Part shown: positions 12,601-24,272 of the stretch, one piece after another
Layout of the letters: each line of letters opens with the position of its first letter
Position numbering within the stretch: the first letter of the stretch is position 1
Source: Eledone cirrhosa
Lineage: Eukaryota
Direction of reading: 5' to 3'
NCBI GenBank assembly: GCA_964016885.1
Contig: OZ024742.1
Coordinates: forward strand, 75,020,001 to 75,084,000
Length of the DNA stretch: 64,000 nt
Notes under the pieces: model-generated
Databases searched by the model: none
Told to the model about the DNA's origin: nothing
The model's input: the letters and a program-made list of their open reading frames with translations, nothing else
Position numbers and translations under genes: made by a program

Positions 12601-13035
12601 GGTGCCGTCAGCCGGGCATGTCCGAGATGCGCGCAGGGCGACGAAACCGTCCTGCACGCACTCGTCCAGTGTCCGAAAATTGCTGACTTGTGGGTTTATG
12701 TCGAACACCTGCTGTCGCGTTTAGGACGGATCCGGCTATCATCTGAGTCCATCGTGAGGATTGCCCCGCCCTCCTCCTTTAGCCGGGAAGGGCAGGCAGT
12801 TTTTATCTGCCTAGTGGCCATGGTGAAAGAGATAGTATGGTGGACACGTTTGAAAGGGCTGAAGACGAGCACTTACCTCTTCGGTGATGCTCTGATTGAC
12901 TTTTTCAAATTTCATTTGAAAAGGAAAATCAGAGTAGAGAGGTAAGTGCTCTCTTCCCAGCATTTTGTTGAAAGTTGGGTGAGAGAAGCAAGAATGGCCC
13001 GAGTGAATGGGCCTACTCTGAGTATATATCTGTAA
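9612..13035 (+). pseudogene. ORF2 of copy B: APE + RT + C-terminal CCHC zinc finger, few lesions
   Basis: MTSLRIGSINARGL start; KSPGLDGLP; RT motifs in 11026..12561; CPRC..ETVLHALVQC; stops at 12559 and 12943, frameshifts near 9810, 10431, 11010. Confidence 0.93.
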
Positions 13036-13292
13036 ATTAAAGGTGGAAAACTGGGAGAGGGCACTTGCCTTGGTGGTCAGGGTCATTGTGGCTTTTTACT
13101 GGGCTTTCTCCACAAATGTCCCTCCGAAGTCTGCCCCCTATTGGGGAATTTTTCATTGTTATTTTTTGTTACATCCTCTGTTTTTGTTTTTTACACGCAG
13201 AAATGCCCATTTGTACCGTCCTGCATTGTCCTGCACTGTCCTTAATGTCTACTTTATGTAAACCCTTGTGGTTAATAAAGAAATCATTATTA

Positions 13293-13330
<38 letters not shown>

Positions 13331-16300
13331 GGTCTGGTCTGACGTCTTTTTGCTCGCTCCCTGTAAGTCGCTTTATTTACCTGTTATAATTATTTGTTGT
13401 TAAATTGTTCTCGTTGTGTAAGGGATATAAGCCCTTGGAGTTTGCCCTGTGAAGGGGAAAGTATAACATTTGGGCATTTTAGCCCAAATATTTGAACATT
13501 TTACTTCTAAAAATAAAAAAAAACAAGGCTAAGCCCCCCCTCCCCCCAGCAATATGTCTGCTGCGCTCTGACAACGGTGTAAAAGTTGAGAGGAGGGTTA
13601 CAGAAATTCATACAACAGACACCACGACAAACAACGCGAACAAAGACAGCAACACTGAGAACACTAATTTTGAAAAAATTACCACACCAACTACAACAAT
13701 AACAGCGTCAACCAAAATACAGACAACAGAAAATAATGACAACAAATGCAACAACGATATTAACACCACTAACAAGAAAATAAACAACGACAACACCAAC
13801 AACAACAATACAAATTGCACCGAAAACAACAACAACGGTGGCACCAAAAACATAACCAACTACAACAGTGAATACAGCAACAACACCAACAACACCGTTT
13901 GTAGCAATAGCAACAGCAACATCACCAACAACAAAACCAGTAGTAGGAGTAGCAACAACAACAGTACCAACAACAAGACCAGTAGCAGCAGTAGCGGCAG
14001 CATAATGGTGCCGCTGAAAATGGGGCCACTTCTTTCGCAGGTGTGGCCCGAAATATAGAGACAGTGTTAGTCACGGAGGAGGAGATGGCAGTAGCAAGAG
14101 CCATCGTGTCGAGAAACGACAATAGATTTTCCCTGAAACCTCACCCGTTTTCTTCAAAGACCAGCAGCTGCACACGGTGACTTACCGCACCGTAAGCAAA
14201 ATGTCACATCGGGTGGAGAGAGCCACAGACGACAGCCAAGTAGAGGGACCCCTCCTTCTGACGCCTGATCCGCTGCTACCAAGAGCAGGGCAGGCAACAG
14301 AGGCAGAAGACCCTTCCATGGTGAGTAGGAGGGCAACGTCCGTGGCACCCATACCAAGGCCACAGACAACTAAATCAGCGGCAGCAGTGGCGGGAACACC
14401 AACAGTCGCAGTAGCTACACCGGTAGAAAAATCACCGGAGCGGGCTCCACTACCACCACCAACAGCAGTGGAGCTCATACCCCTCCCAGACGCCACGGAA
14501 TCCGTCATGGAGTATGAGGCGGGAGGGAAGTGGCAAACGGTCTGCCACAAAAAACAAAAAACAAAAATACCGTTAGCTTCACCTTCCAAAAGCGAAGGGA
14601 AATAAAGAGAGGTAAAGGCTGCAAGGAGACTTGCAGCAACACCACCACCATCACCACCACAAGCATCACCACCAACAACAACCACACCACTACCAGCATC
14701 ACCAAAAACAGCAACATCGCAAACACCACAAAGCACACACACCCTACAGCAACAACAAGAAAACAGCAACAAACCACCCCTCTCCCCCCAAAAATACACA
14801 GCCATAAACATGGCAAATAAAGAACTCTTACAACATATAAAGCAGCTCACAAAGATCACAGAAAAAAATGACTACACCCTACCAACACCAAGGACTCTCC
14901 CGAAAAATATAAGCATCAATGACAACTTTTAAAAGAAAAATTTCCCAACGCATTTGGATACTTCAGAGGGTCGGTTACCAAGAGGATATACACCGACATT
15001 CTCTTGGAAACACCCATGACCAGCCAAAGGGACGGTTCTACTGTCCCTTCACCAGACGATCAAGGTAAGTGATCCTTTCTTAGTTACCCCGTTTCTCATC
15101 CAACATGGCCGTACTTAGAATAGACAGTGTAAATGTACGTGGTCTGGGGTCATCTTGGAAGCAGGGTTACCTGCTCAACGACCTCAGGTCACTAAACATA
15201 GATGTGGTGGACATCAGCGAGACCAAAATCTCCGAAGCACGAGCCTTCGCACCGATCTTCGGCGGCTACGATGTATACGCATCTCCCAGCCGTCCAGGGT
15301 CGGGGGAGGGTTGCCGTGCTTTTTCAGAGAGGCTTGGATCTCGCCATACGGGCCATCTTCCTGGACCCAGAAGGTAAGGCGTGGTGCTGGACGTGATCGG
15401 CAGCGAAAGCAATGCTTTCAGGCTAGTAGCCGTCTACGCCCCAACAGGGGCAGGACGGCCAGATTTCTTCAGACGTCTAGAGACCTTTTTTGGAACGTCC
15501 CGCTCTTGGAACGGTATCTTAGATTCACGCTGGAATTATGTGGGCCTAGTAGACAGGGCAGGAGGATGTAAAAGCCTCAACAACCTGATCAGATGTTTTG
15601 TACTGTCTGACAGGTATAGACTGGATTATCCGAATGTGCCAAAGTGGATATGGGCAAACCGCATCGGATCATCCAGATCGTATTTAGGGTAACAGATTCT
15701 GTAGGGAAACAGATAAGGCTAGTGTAGGTTGTCCACACTTTAAAGTAGTCGACTACACGGACCACAAATTTGTGATCTGTGAAGTTGACTTAGATAGACT
15801 CCATAGGGCCCGGCTACTGGAAGCTGAACGGCTCGTTCCCGGCGCGCAAAGCTTACAGAGACCGGATTAGCGAATTAGTTAAGCGTGCGTTGACGGGTGT
15901 GGTCGTCAACAACAGGTGGTGGTTCACCCTGAAAAGGGCTATTAGAGTAGAATCGATAAGGTTTAGCAAAGGAGTAGTGATAGAGGAAAATAGAGTAGAC
16001 GGAGAGTTAGTTAGAAAGCTTGAAGAGGCGTTTAGGACAGGCATCGCAACCTACGTGCTTGCGGAGAGATTGGCACTCGACCACTTCTTCAACGCAAAGC
16101 ATGAAGGCTGCCTTGTCAGAGCTAGAGCGCGTGCTTTAAGACACGAGGGCACGAAAGCCGTTCAATGTGCCCGGGGGGTGGAGGTGCGAGGTGGCAACAA
16201 ATTCACAATTCGGTCTTTGCCCGATCAAAACGGACGCATGTTTCTCGAACCCGAGCAGATGTGTGCGGCTTTTCAACAGCACTTTGCTCAATTGTTCGGG

Positions 16301-19300
16301 AGCGGCGGCGGGCCGGATCGGAGTATGGACTTCGGTGCATACCTCGGCGGACTGCCGCTGCGAAAAGCCGATAACAGCAGGTGAAATACTGGAAGTGATG
16401 TCTGACTACACGAGGCGTAAATCGCCAGGTTTGGATGGTCTGCCCTACGAGCTTTATGCGTATATGCCAGACTTGTTCAGCGACCTCTTGGCAGATGTCT
16501 ACTGAAATGGCAGCAAAGCGGGAGCATTCCTAGTTTTGTGAGCCGGGGAGCGGTGGGGCTGCTGAGAAAAGACCGGAACAACGGGGACGTTATAAACAAC
16601 TTCAGGCCCATAACTCTGCTAAACGCAGAGTATAAGATTTTGGCCAAGGTGTTAGCAAAGAGATTGGCGCATGTCGTCGGTGAACTGGTGGGAGAGGCGC
16701 AGACATGCGCCATTCCGGACTGATCCATCCACAACAACCTCCATCTCATGCGATACATCACAGAGAGGGTGGTTAAGGAATCTGGCAACTTGGATCAATC
16801 TGAAGCATTTGATAGGGTCGACCATCGGCACCTGGCTGCGGTCCTCGAGGCGGCAGTCCTCGGGCCCGTTTTTAGGGGCTGGATCGCTGCGATGCACGGC
16901 GAGATCTGCTCGATTGTGAGGGTGAATGGTCACCTGCTGCAGCCTTAAGCATCATGCGCTCGGTCCGACAGTGTTGCCCTCTCTCGTCCCCCGTGTACGT
17001 AGTGGCCATCGAGCCGTTACTGCACAAATTAGAGACGATGCAGGAGATCCGTGTCAGCTTACGCCGACGATGTCACCGTGGTGATGTCGAGCACCAAACA
17101 CGACCAGATGCTCGAGACCGCTGTCAAGGAATACGAAGCGGTGACAGGAGCAAAGATAAACCAGGAAAAGTCGGTGGGCTTGCAGCTCGGCACCTGAAGA
17201 GGCAAATCCATGCCGTCCGGCAGCGTTGTGTGCCGTTGGACGCAAGGACCGGTTAAATTGGTCGGGGTCTGGTTCGGTCCGGACCTCCAGATGGAGAAAA
17301 ACTGGAGCGAGGTGACGAGCAGGGTGGCCTCTCTCACCCAGAAATGGGCTGAGAGGAGGCTGTCTCTGAAGGGTTGGGCGGAGGTGGCGAATGCGTACAT
17401 AGCGTCCGTCATCTGCTACCGCCTGACCGTCGTACCTTGCCCCCGCCCAACTCTGATCAAATTGGAGCGCCTTCTCTTCCGCTTTTTGTGGAAGGGACGT
17501 ACTCCCATGGTCAGACGATCCATTTGCTGTCAACACCCGTTGCGTGAATGACTAGGCATGCCGTGGCTGATGATGCGCAAACATGCGCTGAGGCTGCGAC
17601 ATCTCTGGTGCTTCCTTGACGGTGAACAGGTGTGGTCGCCGTTTGCCAGACGCGCTTTTCCCCAGCTCGTCTCCTTGACGGAGCTGCAGTCCTGGATCAG
17701 GAAAAGACCAAGGGATAGCGCTTTGAAGTTGGAATGACTCCAAGCGCTCACCGCCCTCTACCAGCTGGGCACTAGTATCGGTGGAACATCCACCTCGGCG
17801 TTCTATAGAGGGTTAGTAGAGGGAAAGAGCGACGACGTTCTCGGGGAGACCCTGGGCGTCGAAGACGATCAGCAGTTCGCTCTCTTTAAGAGAACCTTCA
17901 GACCGGGGCCTATGAACAACTTACAGAAATCCCTGGCCTGGCAGTACTACCGGAGAGCGTTGCCGGTTCGGGATAAGCTCTATTGGCACGGAGGTGCTGT
18001 CAGCTGAGCCTGTCTGAGATGCGCGCAGGGCGACGAAACCGTCCTGCACGCACTCGTTCAGTGGCCGAGGATTGCTGACTTGTGGAGTTGTGTCGAACAG
18101 CTGCTGTCTTCTCCTTCTTCTTTTCTTTGATTCAGCTCAGGCGCCTGAGGGTCCTCCTCAGAAGCACTAGAGATGCGACTGGGAGACGGAATAATTCATC
18201 TAAGGATGTGCCGAGTTGGTGATGGTATCTCTCGATCGCCAATGCAGAGGACATGTAGAGCAAAAGAGGGGGGAGGGGGTCTGAACGAATTTTTGCATGG
18301 CAGATTTGACATCGGCGAATGGAGATCGCTGCAGGACGGATGGTAGGCACGACATTATTCCCCCGACAGAAGCCACACACTAAGTCTTGAGGACTCTTTT
18401 TCTGTATTCGAGTCAGGCTTCTGCAGATCCTGTGGAAGATATGTCGGCAAATCGAGCAGGAAATGGGCACGAAGTCTTGTCGGATCTTCCTGGAACATCC
18501 CGCGCAGGATGGGTCAGGGTTCGACTCGACATCACCCGCCATGAGAACTTGCGGAGATGTAGGGCGGGTCTTACAGCTCTGCTTGTCGACCCCCCCCCCC
18601 CCCAAAAAAAAACGGCGTGTCTCCCACGTCGCATCTCTGGGTGTATACAGATCCGAATTTGACAGATATCCTTTCGGGAATCCGACCGAGCAAACCGGAC
18701 GTCCACGAAGGCCGCCACACGAGTAGGTTCCAGATTCTGGTTTGTGCTCTGTCACCACAGGTGTTATTGTCAATACCGCCGCCGCTGTTGCTACCTCTAT
18801 TGTTGTTAAATGCAACAATATCATCCACTTCTCGACCGCTGCTTGATGACGAAGAGAACGAAATGGTTTTCGCCTGACATTTACTGTGTGGCGATGACGA
18901 ACACAGCTGTTGTCTCGTGTAGGACGGATCCGGTTATCGACTGAGTCCATTGTGCAGATAGATCCGCCCTCTTCCTTTAAAGAGGAGGAAGGGCAGGCAG
19001 TTTTCATCTGCCTGGTGGCCATGGCGAAAGAGATTGTGTGGTGGACAAGGTTGAAAGGGTTGAAGACGGACACTTTCCTCTCCGGCCAATCCCTGATTAA
19101 CTTTTTCAAGTTTCACTTGAAGAGGAAAATCAGGGTGGAGAGGCTAGTAAGTTTGTTGAAAGGTGGGTGAAAGTTGCGAGTCTGGTCCGAGTGAACGGGC
19201 CCGCTCTGAGTATACGCCTGTAGACTGAGGAGTGGGAAAAGTGAGAGAGGGCTCTTGCCCCGGTGGTCAGGGTGGCCGTGATCTTTTGTGTGGTTTTCAC

Positions 19301-19495
19301 CACGAGTGACTCTCGGAGGTTTCCCCCTTTTGGGGGAAGTTTTGTGGTTTGAATTTTTTTTTAAATTTCTATTCCGATTTCTATCTTGTTATAACCTATT
19401 TACACGACCAAAACCCACTTTGTATAATCCTGTACTGTTCTGTGCCGTCTCTAATGTTTTTCTTCGTGTCAGCCCTTGTGGCCAATAAAGAAACC
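13331..19495 (+). mobile_element. Tx1/L1-clade LINE copy C (more diverged subfamily), ORF1 internally deleted, interrupted at 18110-18902
   Basis: ORF1 pieces about 13525-15068, lacking the RRM/knuckle after about 14228; ORF2 15105-19223 with many stops; own 3'UTR and ATT tail. Confidence 0.9.
18110..18902 (-). mobile_element. Internally deleted Ingi/Vingi-like (I-group) non-autonomous LINE with 2A-like peptide and PHD finger
   Basis: 13-bp TSD ACAGCTG(C/T)TGTCT at 18097-18109 and 18903-18915; LMAGDVESNPDP followed by a C4HC3 PHD; (AAG)-like tail; the clade assignment is inference. Confidence 0.75.
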
Positions 19496-19523
19496 ATTAT
19501 TATTATTATTATTATTATTATTA

Positions 19524-20155
19524 CTGACTTGTGGAGTTATGTCGAATAGCTACTGTCGCGTGTGGAACGAATCCGGCTATCGGCCGAGTCCATAGTGAAG
19601 ATCGACCCGCCGCCTTCCTTAGGTCAGGAAGAGCAGGAAATTTTCCTCTGTCTGGTGGCAGTTGCGAAAGAGGTTATATGGTGGACCAGGTTAAAAGGAC
19701 TGAAGACAGACACTTTTCTCTTCGGCCAATCCCTCATCAACTTCTTCAAGTTTCACCTGGAAAGGAAGGTGAGGGTGGAGAGAGAAGTGCTGCCCCCCAG
19801 TACATTTGCTAAAAGGTGGATGAATGTGGCGAGAATGGCTCGTGTGAATGGGCCTACTCTGATCATGCGCCTATAGGCTAGCTAACTTGAGGAGAGGAGT
19901 GCTCTCCCTGGGTGCCCTAGAAGCGCAGGGTGGTTCAGGATTGGTGGGATACCCGAGTCACCCCAGGGTCGTCCACCCCCTATCGGGGAATTTATTTTGT
20001 TATATTTATGCATAGTTTATTTTATATTTTTATATCTTCATTGTTAAATTAGTCTTGCCATTGTGCACTTTTACTCGACCGTATTGTAAACCCCCACTAT
20101 CCCTGTCTTTGTATTGTCCCCTGCATGTCGGCCCTTGAGGCTAATAAATGAAATC
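19524..20155 (+). mobile_element. 5'-truncated Tx1-clade copy E (third 3'UTR type)
   Basis: ORF 19562..19876 homologous to the ORF2 C-terminus (WWTRLKGLKT..FFKFHL); ATT repeats on both sides. Confidence 0.9.
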
Positions 20156-20176
20156 ATTATTATTATTATTATTATT

Positions 20177-20379
20177 GTTCTTTGAGACTCAGTCATTGAT
20201 GTTATTTAACTGGAAAGTTTGTTGAAATGCATATCAAGCCGCTACTGCAGCCTCAGATATTCAGGACGTATCAGAGGGTTCTTGCTGTTCCCAGCAAGCA
20301 TGCCTTTTGAAGTGTTCCAAAAAGCGGGGCTGGAGTAATCTTCTTTAACCATCCTTGGAAACTCTTTGAGATAGTACCT
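20177..20379 (-). mobile_element. Second 5'-truncated copy of the Dong/R4-like 3' end
   Basis: Closely matches 991-1194; flanked by (ATT)n. Confidence 0.88.
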
Positions 20380-20386
20380 ATTATTA

Positions 20387-20420
<34 letters not shown>

Positions 20421-20421
<1 letters not shown>

Positions 20422-20582
20422 AAGTGAGCGAACTGGTTGAGTCTTTAGGGCGTCTGATTAAAAAATGAGTCGGTATTTCCTTTGGCTTACTGTGCTCTGA
20501 ATTCAAATCTCACTGAAGTCAATTTTACCATTCATCCTTTCAAAGTCGATAAATAAAGAGCCAGAACAGTACGAAGGTCAAA
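20421..20582 (+). mobile_element. Old tRNA-derived SINE (octopus-type), 3'-truncated
   Basis: Box B-like AATTCAAATCT; TTCATCCTTTC..GTCGATAAATAAAG core shared with the other copies. Confidence 0.7.
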
Positions 20583-20627
20583 TTTCTGACATGGATAGGA
20601 GAGGGATGGGAATGAAAATAGAGCCGT

Positions 20628-20803
20628 GGATTGGCAGAGTCGCTAGACCATCGAATAATTTTTTAGCAGTAATTACTTACGTTCCAAGTTCAAATTTCAT
20701 CCTTACGGGGTCGATAATATAAAGTACTAGTAACACACTGGAGTCGATTTAATCGACTTCCGCCCACATTACTAGGCTTGTTCCTAAATCAGAAGCCATT
20801 ATT
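20628..20803 (+). mobile_element. tRNA-derived SINE copy
   Basis: TGGCAGAGTCG box A, GTTCAAAT box B, CATCCTTACGGGGTCGATAA core, tail ..GAAGCCATTATT. Confidence 0.8.
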
Positions 20804-20807
20804 TTAT

Positions 20808-20974
20808 TGGCAGTATCGGTAAGAGTCGGACGCCATGCTTTCCTGCATAGTTACGTCCCTTTACGGTCTGAGTTCAAATCCCGCCGAGGTTAACTTTGCC
20901 TTTCATCCTTACGGAGTCGATAAAATAAAGTACCAATAATGTACTGGCCTTGTGCCAAAGTAGAAACAATTATT
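20808..20974 (+). mobile_element. tRNA-derived SINE copy
   Basis: TGGCAGTATCGG box A, GAGTTCAAATCCC box B, 3' GGCCTTGTGCCAAAGTAGAAACAATTATT. Confidence 0.9.
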
Positions 20975-22536
20975 TTAATTGTCTTTTCGCAAGTACTTTT
21001 GTGGGTGTTACGGGAAGACAGAGTCGTCGTTCTACAGCGATTTGGAAAGCTGACCTGATATCTGACATCAGGTTTTCCTTGACAACATTGCTCCCCTTCT
21101 AGGTTGGCCTCTGGCCTTCTGGTCAGATATTCTTGTTATATGCATGACGTATACATATACATGCATTCTGTTGAATGTCTTTACACATATTCTTTTAAAC
21201 ATAGACAAATAGAAAAAAAGCAACGAATGTGGAATAGAGTTTGGAGGAAACTAGTGATCTTCGTTCACACACACACACACACACGCACACAGACACAGAC
21301 ATGCAGACACACATGCGCACACCAACAACAATAATTACAATATTTAAACCAGGGGAACTAGTATTGATATATTTTTTATAAATAAAAACAAATTAAATAT
21401 TCGTGTTCCTCGAAGAGGAATAAAAACTGTTGTTTCAGATAAAAGAAAACTGAAGGAAAGACAAGCATATGTTACTGTAATGTGCACAGCATATCCTCAG
21501 AAATTATGAGGTACTGAGGCTAAATATATATCATGGCTCTGGGAACGTATTTGATTATTTTCGATTTTTTTAAAAAAAATTTATAACGTTGAAGACCTCG
21601 TTGATTAACTGAAGACAAATGAAATAATTAATAACATCGGGAGCAGTTATTAAGGCTATTTACAGACAGCGGTGAAAACGTGTTCTAAAATTCCGCGATA
21701 CAAAACAAAAGATGGTGCCAGCACATGAACTAAATAATAAAAAAAATATTTTACGATTTCTATTTTGTATTTAAGAAAAAAAAAACAAGTAAAATACAGT
21801 TTTAAAGGAAGTACATAACAGATATTTTGTATTTAGAGTCAAAACACAACATATAGTTTGACAGTAAGCTCATAAATCTATATTATATTTAAAACCAAAA
21901 CATAAAAAAAATATACGAGAGTTGTTTTATTATTTATACATTTTATTCGTAAAATAAAAAAACAAAACGAAGCAATAAGAAAAAATGTATGCATCTATAA
22001 GACCGTCTTTCGTCTAGGCTTCATCTTTGTCAAGTTATATACTACTTTAATATAATTCACGTCAGTAGCCAACTGTATTTCAATAGAGAGCTAAGCTAAA
22101 CAAGAGAGTCCATTATCGTCTATTGTAGAACGAAGGTGCGACTTTATGTACTTGATCCGAATAAAGAATCTTTCCAGAACTACGGTAGTTATATTGGTAA
22201 AGTTAGAAAAATGTGGTATAATGTAGACAGGTAAGGATAAATGGAACATTGACCATCAGGAATTTAAGTGCATTGATGGTTAATTTCCCGACATTTGAAT
22301 TTGCTTATTGTCTTTTTGTACGTGTCTTAGTTAGAAAGTAATTTTCGTACGATAAGAGTTTGACACTACATGATATAGTTGTACGTGTCTGAGAAAAAAA
22401 CTTTTGGCTATGAAAAATATTTTGGCTATAAAATTGAAATCTACATTTTAGAAATGCTCAATTATTTTATCTGTGGTATCTATAACATAATTTAAGGAAG
22501 TTAATTAGAATTATGAAGATGGAAAAGAGTGAATAG

Positions 22537-22610
22537 CACCACCCGTAGGGCTCGAACTCACACCTTCCATATACCGTGTGGATGTGCTTCTAATTAGTCC
22601 AAAGTTGCGA
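22537..22610 (-). mobile_element. Degenerate tRNA-like SINE head
   Basis: Reverse strand has GAGTTCGAGCCC box B/T-arm and a tRNA-like layout; the acceptor stem does not close, so not a tRNA gene. Confidence 0.45.
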
Positions 22611-22829
22611 CTGATCATGCCGTTCCATTTTACAAGTTTTATCAATCAGTCAGGAATTTAAATGTAAGCAGACAATCTATTTTAGAAGCACTGGCTGAGC
22701 ATGATACCACTCTTCGAAAATTAAGACACATGCACTTGCACACACATAGATAGATACACACACACATATACATATATAGTTAAAGGATAGACAAGACAAA
22801 CACAGAGATGCAAAAACACAAAGTCATAT

Positions 22830-24050
22830 TAGTATCACGCTTAGGAGGGTGTAGAGGAGGTTTCGGCGCTTCGGACATAAGTCCTCCTTCAGAAAATGGA
22901 GAGTTCGAAGAGCGAGAGAAAACGCTGGAACATCGGATTTTGGAATAAAGTTTTTAAGAAGGTTGCAGGTGATAGGCGTGTGGTCTGACATTCGAGAGTG
23001 GGGACAAAGATGGAGAGTTCAGGTGTGTCATGGGTATTATGTCTGTGCAGATGGGGTGCATTTTGGGGTTAGTACATTATTGCTTCTGTCTCTCTGTGTG
23101 TACACGTGCGTGTCTGTGAGGTTTCTGTATTGCATGTTTGTGCACATTTACGTGTATGTATGCATATGTGTACACGTAAGTGTATGTGTGTGTGTTTGTG
23201 TATTGATATGTGTGTGTGTGTATGACTGTTTGAGCGTTTATCTATGTTTATGTGTATGTTTTTTGTGTAGTTTTTGTGTGTGCATGTGCGTATATGTGTA
23301 TGTTTCTGTATGAGTGTGTGTGTATGTTTATGTGTGAGTTTTGTGTAGCTTTTTGTGTAGATGTTTTTTGCGTACATGCACGTGCAAATATGTGTGTTTT
23401 TGCATGAGTGTATGTGTATATCCACGTGTGTGTCTGACATTTTAAAAATTATTTGTGTGTGCGTGAGTGTGCATGTTTGTGTGTGTATCTACTCGAGTGC
23501 GTCGGAGTTCTTTTGTGTTTTTGTGTGCATGTATGTGCACGTTAGTGTGTGTGTACGTGTATGTATGGGTGTATGTGTGTATGCTGTGTGTGTATGTGAA
23601 TATAAATGCATATATTCAACTGATTTTCGTAAATGTCCCTCCTGCGGTCAGAGCGATGCTGCTTCAGGAAGTGGCCGGAGGAGGAAATGGAGAGGGGAGA
23701 GAGAGAAAAGGTTGTGGCACACGCAATACGGAAGTGGTTTGAGATAGGAGTTATGGTGGCAGTGTGTGTGTATTGGTGGTAAAGAGGTGTAGTGTGAATG
23801 TAGTGAGAAAAGTTAATTGATTAATAATGGTCCGTTAGGTATTTAGTACTGTTTGATGTGTTAAAGATGTATTAAATTCGTATACGTGTAACTGATTATT
23901 TAGTTGTGTTGGTATGTGTGGATGTGTTAAGGAAATAGTAGAATGGGTTTTGGTGTGAGGGGTGGGTGATGAGAAGGCTAAATGAAGAGGGGTGGGGACT
24001 TATAACCGTTTCCGCACCAGGTCTAGAGAAGAAAATAACAAAAGAGCAGG
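22830..24050 (-). mobile_element. Penelope-like element relic with a degenerate minimal hammerhead at 22861-22892; interrupted by TG-rich low-complexity DNA
   Basis: Minus strand CTGAAGG-A-GGAC-TTAT-GTCC-GAAG-CGCC; TPISNHF..DRRRDIYENQL near 23610-23760 resembles the PLE GIY-YIG C-terminus. Confidence 0.5.
23090..23600. repeat. Degenerate (TG/TA)n low-complexity tract
   Basis: Direct reading. Confidence 0.9.
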
Positions 24051-24092
24051 GTGTACAAATAATGGTATGAAATGTTATATAGTTATCTATAG

Positions 24093-24272
24093 ATAATTGT
24101 TTCTACTTTAGGCACAAGGCCAGCAATTACCCAGTGCATTACTGGTACTTTATTTTATCGACCCCGTAAGGATGAAAGGCAAAGTCAACCTCGGCGGGAT
24201 TTGAACTCAGATCGTAAAGGGACGTAACTATGCTGGAAAGCATGGCGTCCGACCCTCTACCGATACTGCCAA
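24093..24272 (-). mobile_element. tRNA-derived SINE copy
   Basis: Reverse complement of the 20808-20974 family, ending GGCCTTGTGCCTAAAGTAGAAACAATTAT. Confidence 0.9.

Larger units (their letters stand above)
7265..13285 (+). mobile_element. Full-length Tx1/L1-clade LINE copy B
   Basis: Bounded by (ATT)n; ORF2 and 3'UTR very similar to copy A, while 5'UTR and ORF1 differ. Confidence 0.93.

Noticed and set aside
1811-14859. Val/Gly/Leu-rich antisense ORFs resembling membrane proteins
   Set aside because: Shadow frames of the AAC/ACC-rich LINE ORF1s
18845-18900. Hammerhead-like TGATGA..GAAA in the Ingi-like insert
   Set aside because: No stem II and no stem I/III closure
22001-22031. Minus-strand AAGATGA-AGCCTAGAC-GAAA-GACGGTC hammerhead-like motif
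   Set aside because: Positions 3-4 are non-canonical and the stems are weak; cannot be supported from one copy
22537-22610. tRNA gene
   Set aside because: Acceptor and D stems do not close; SINE-like relic
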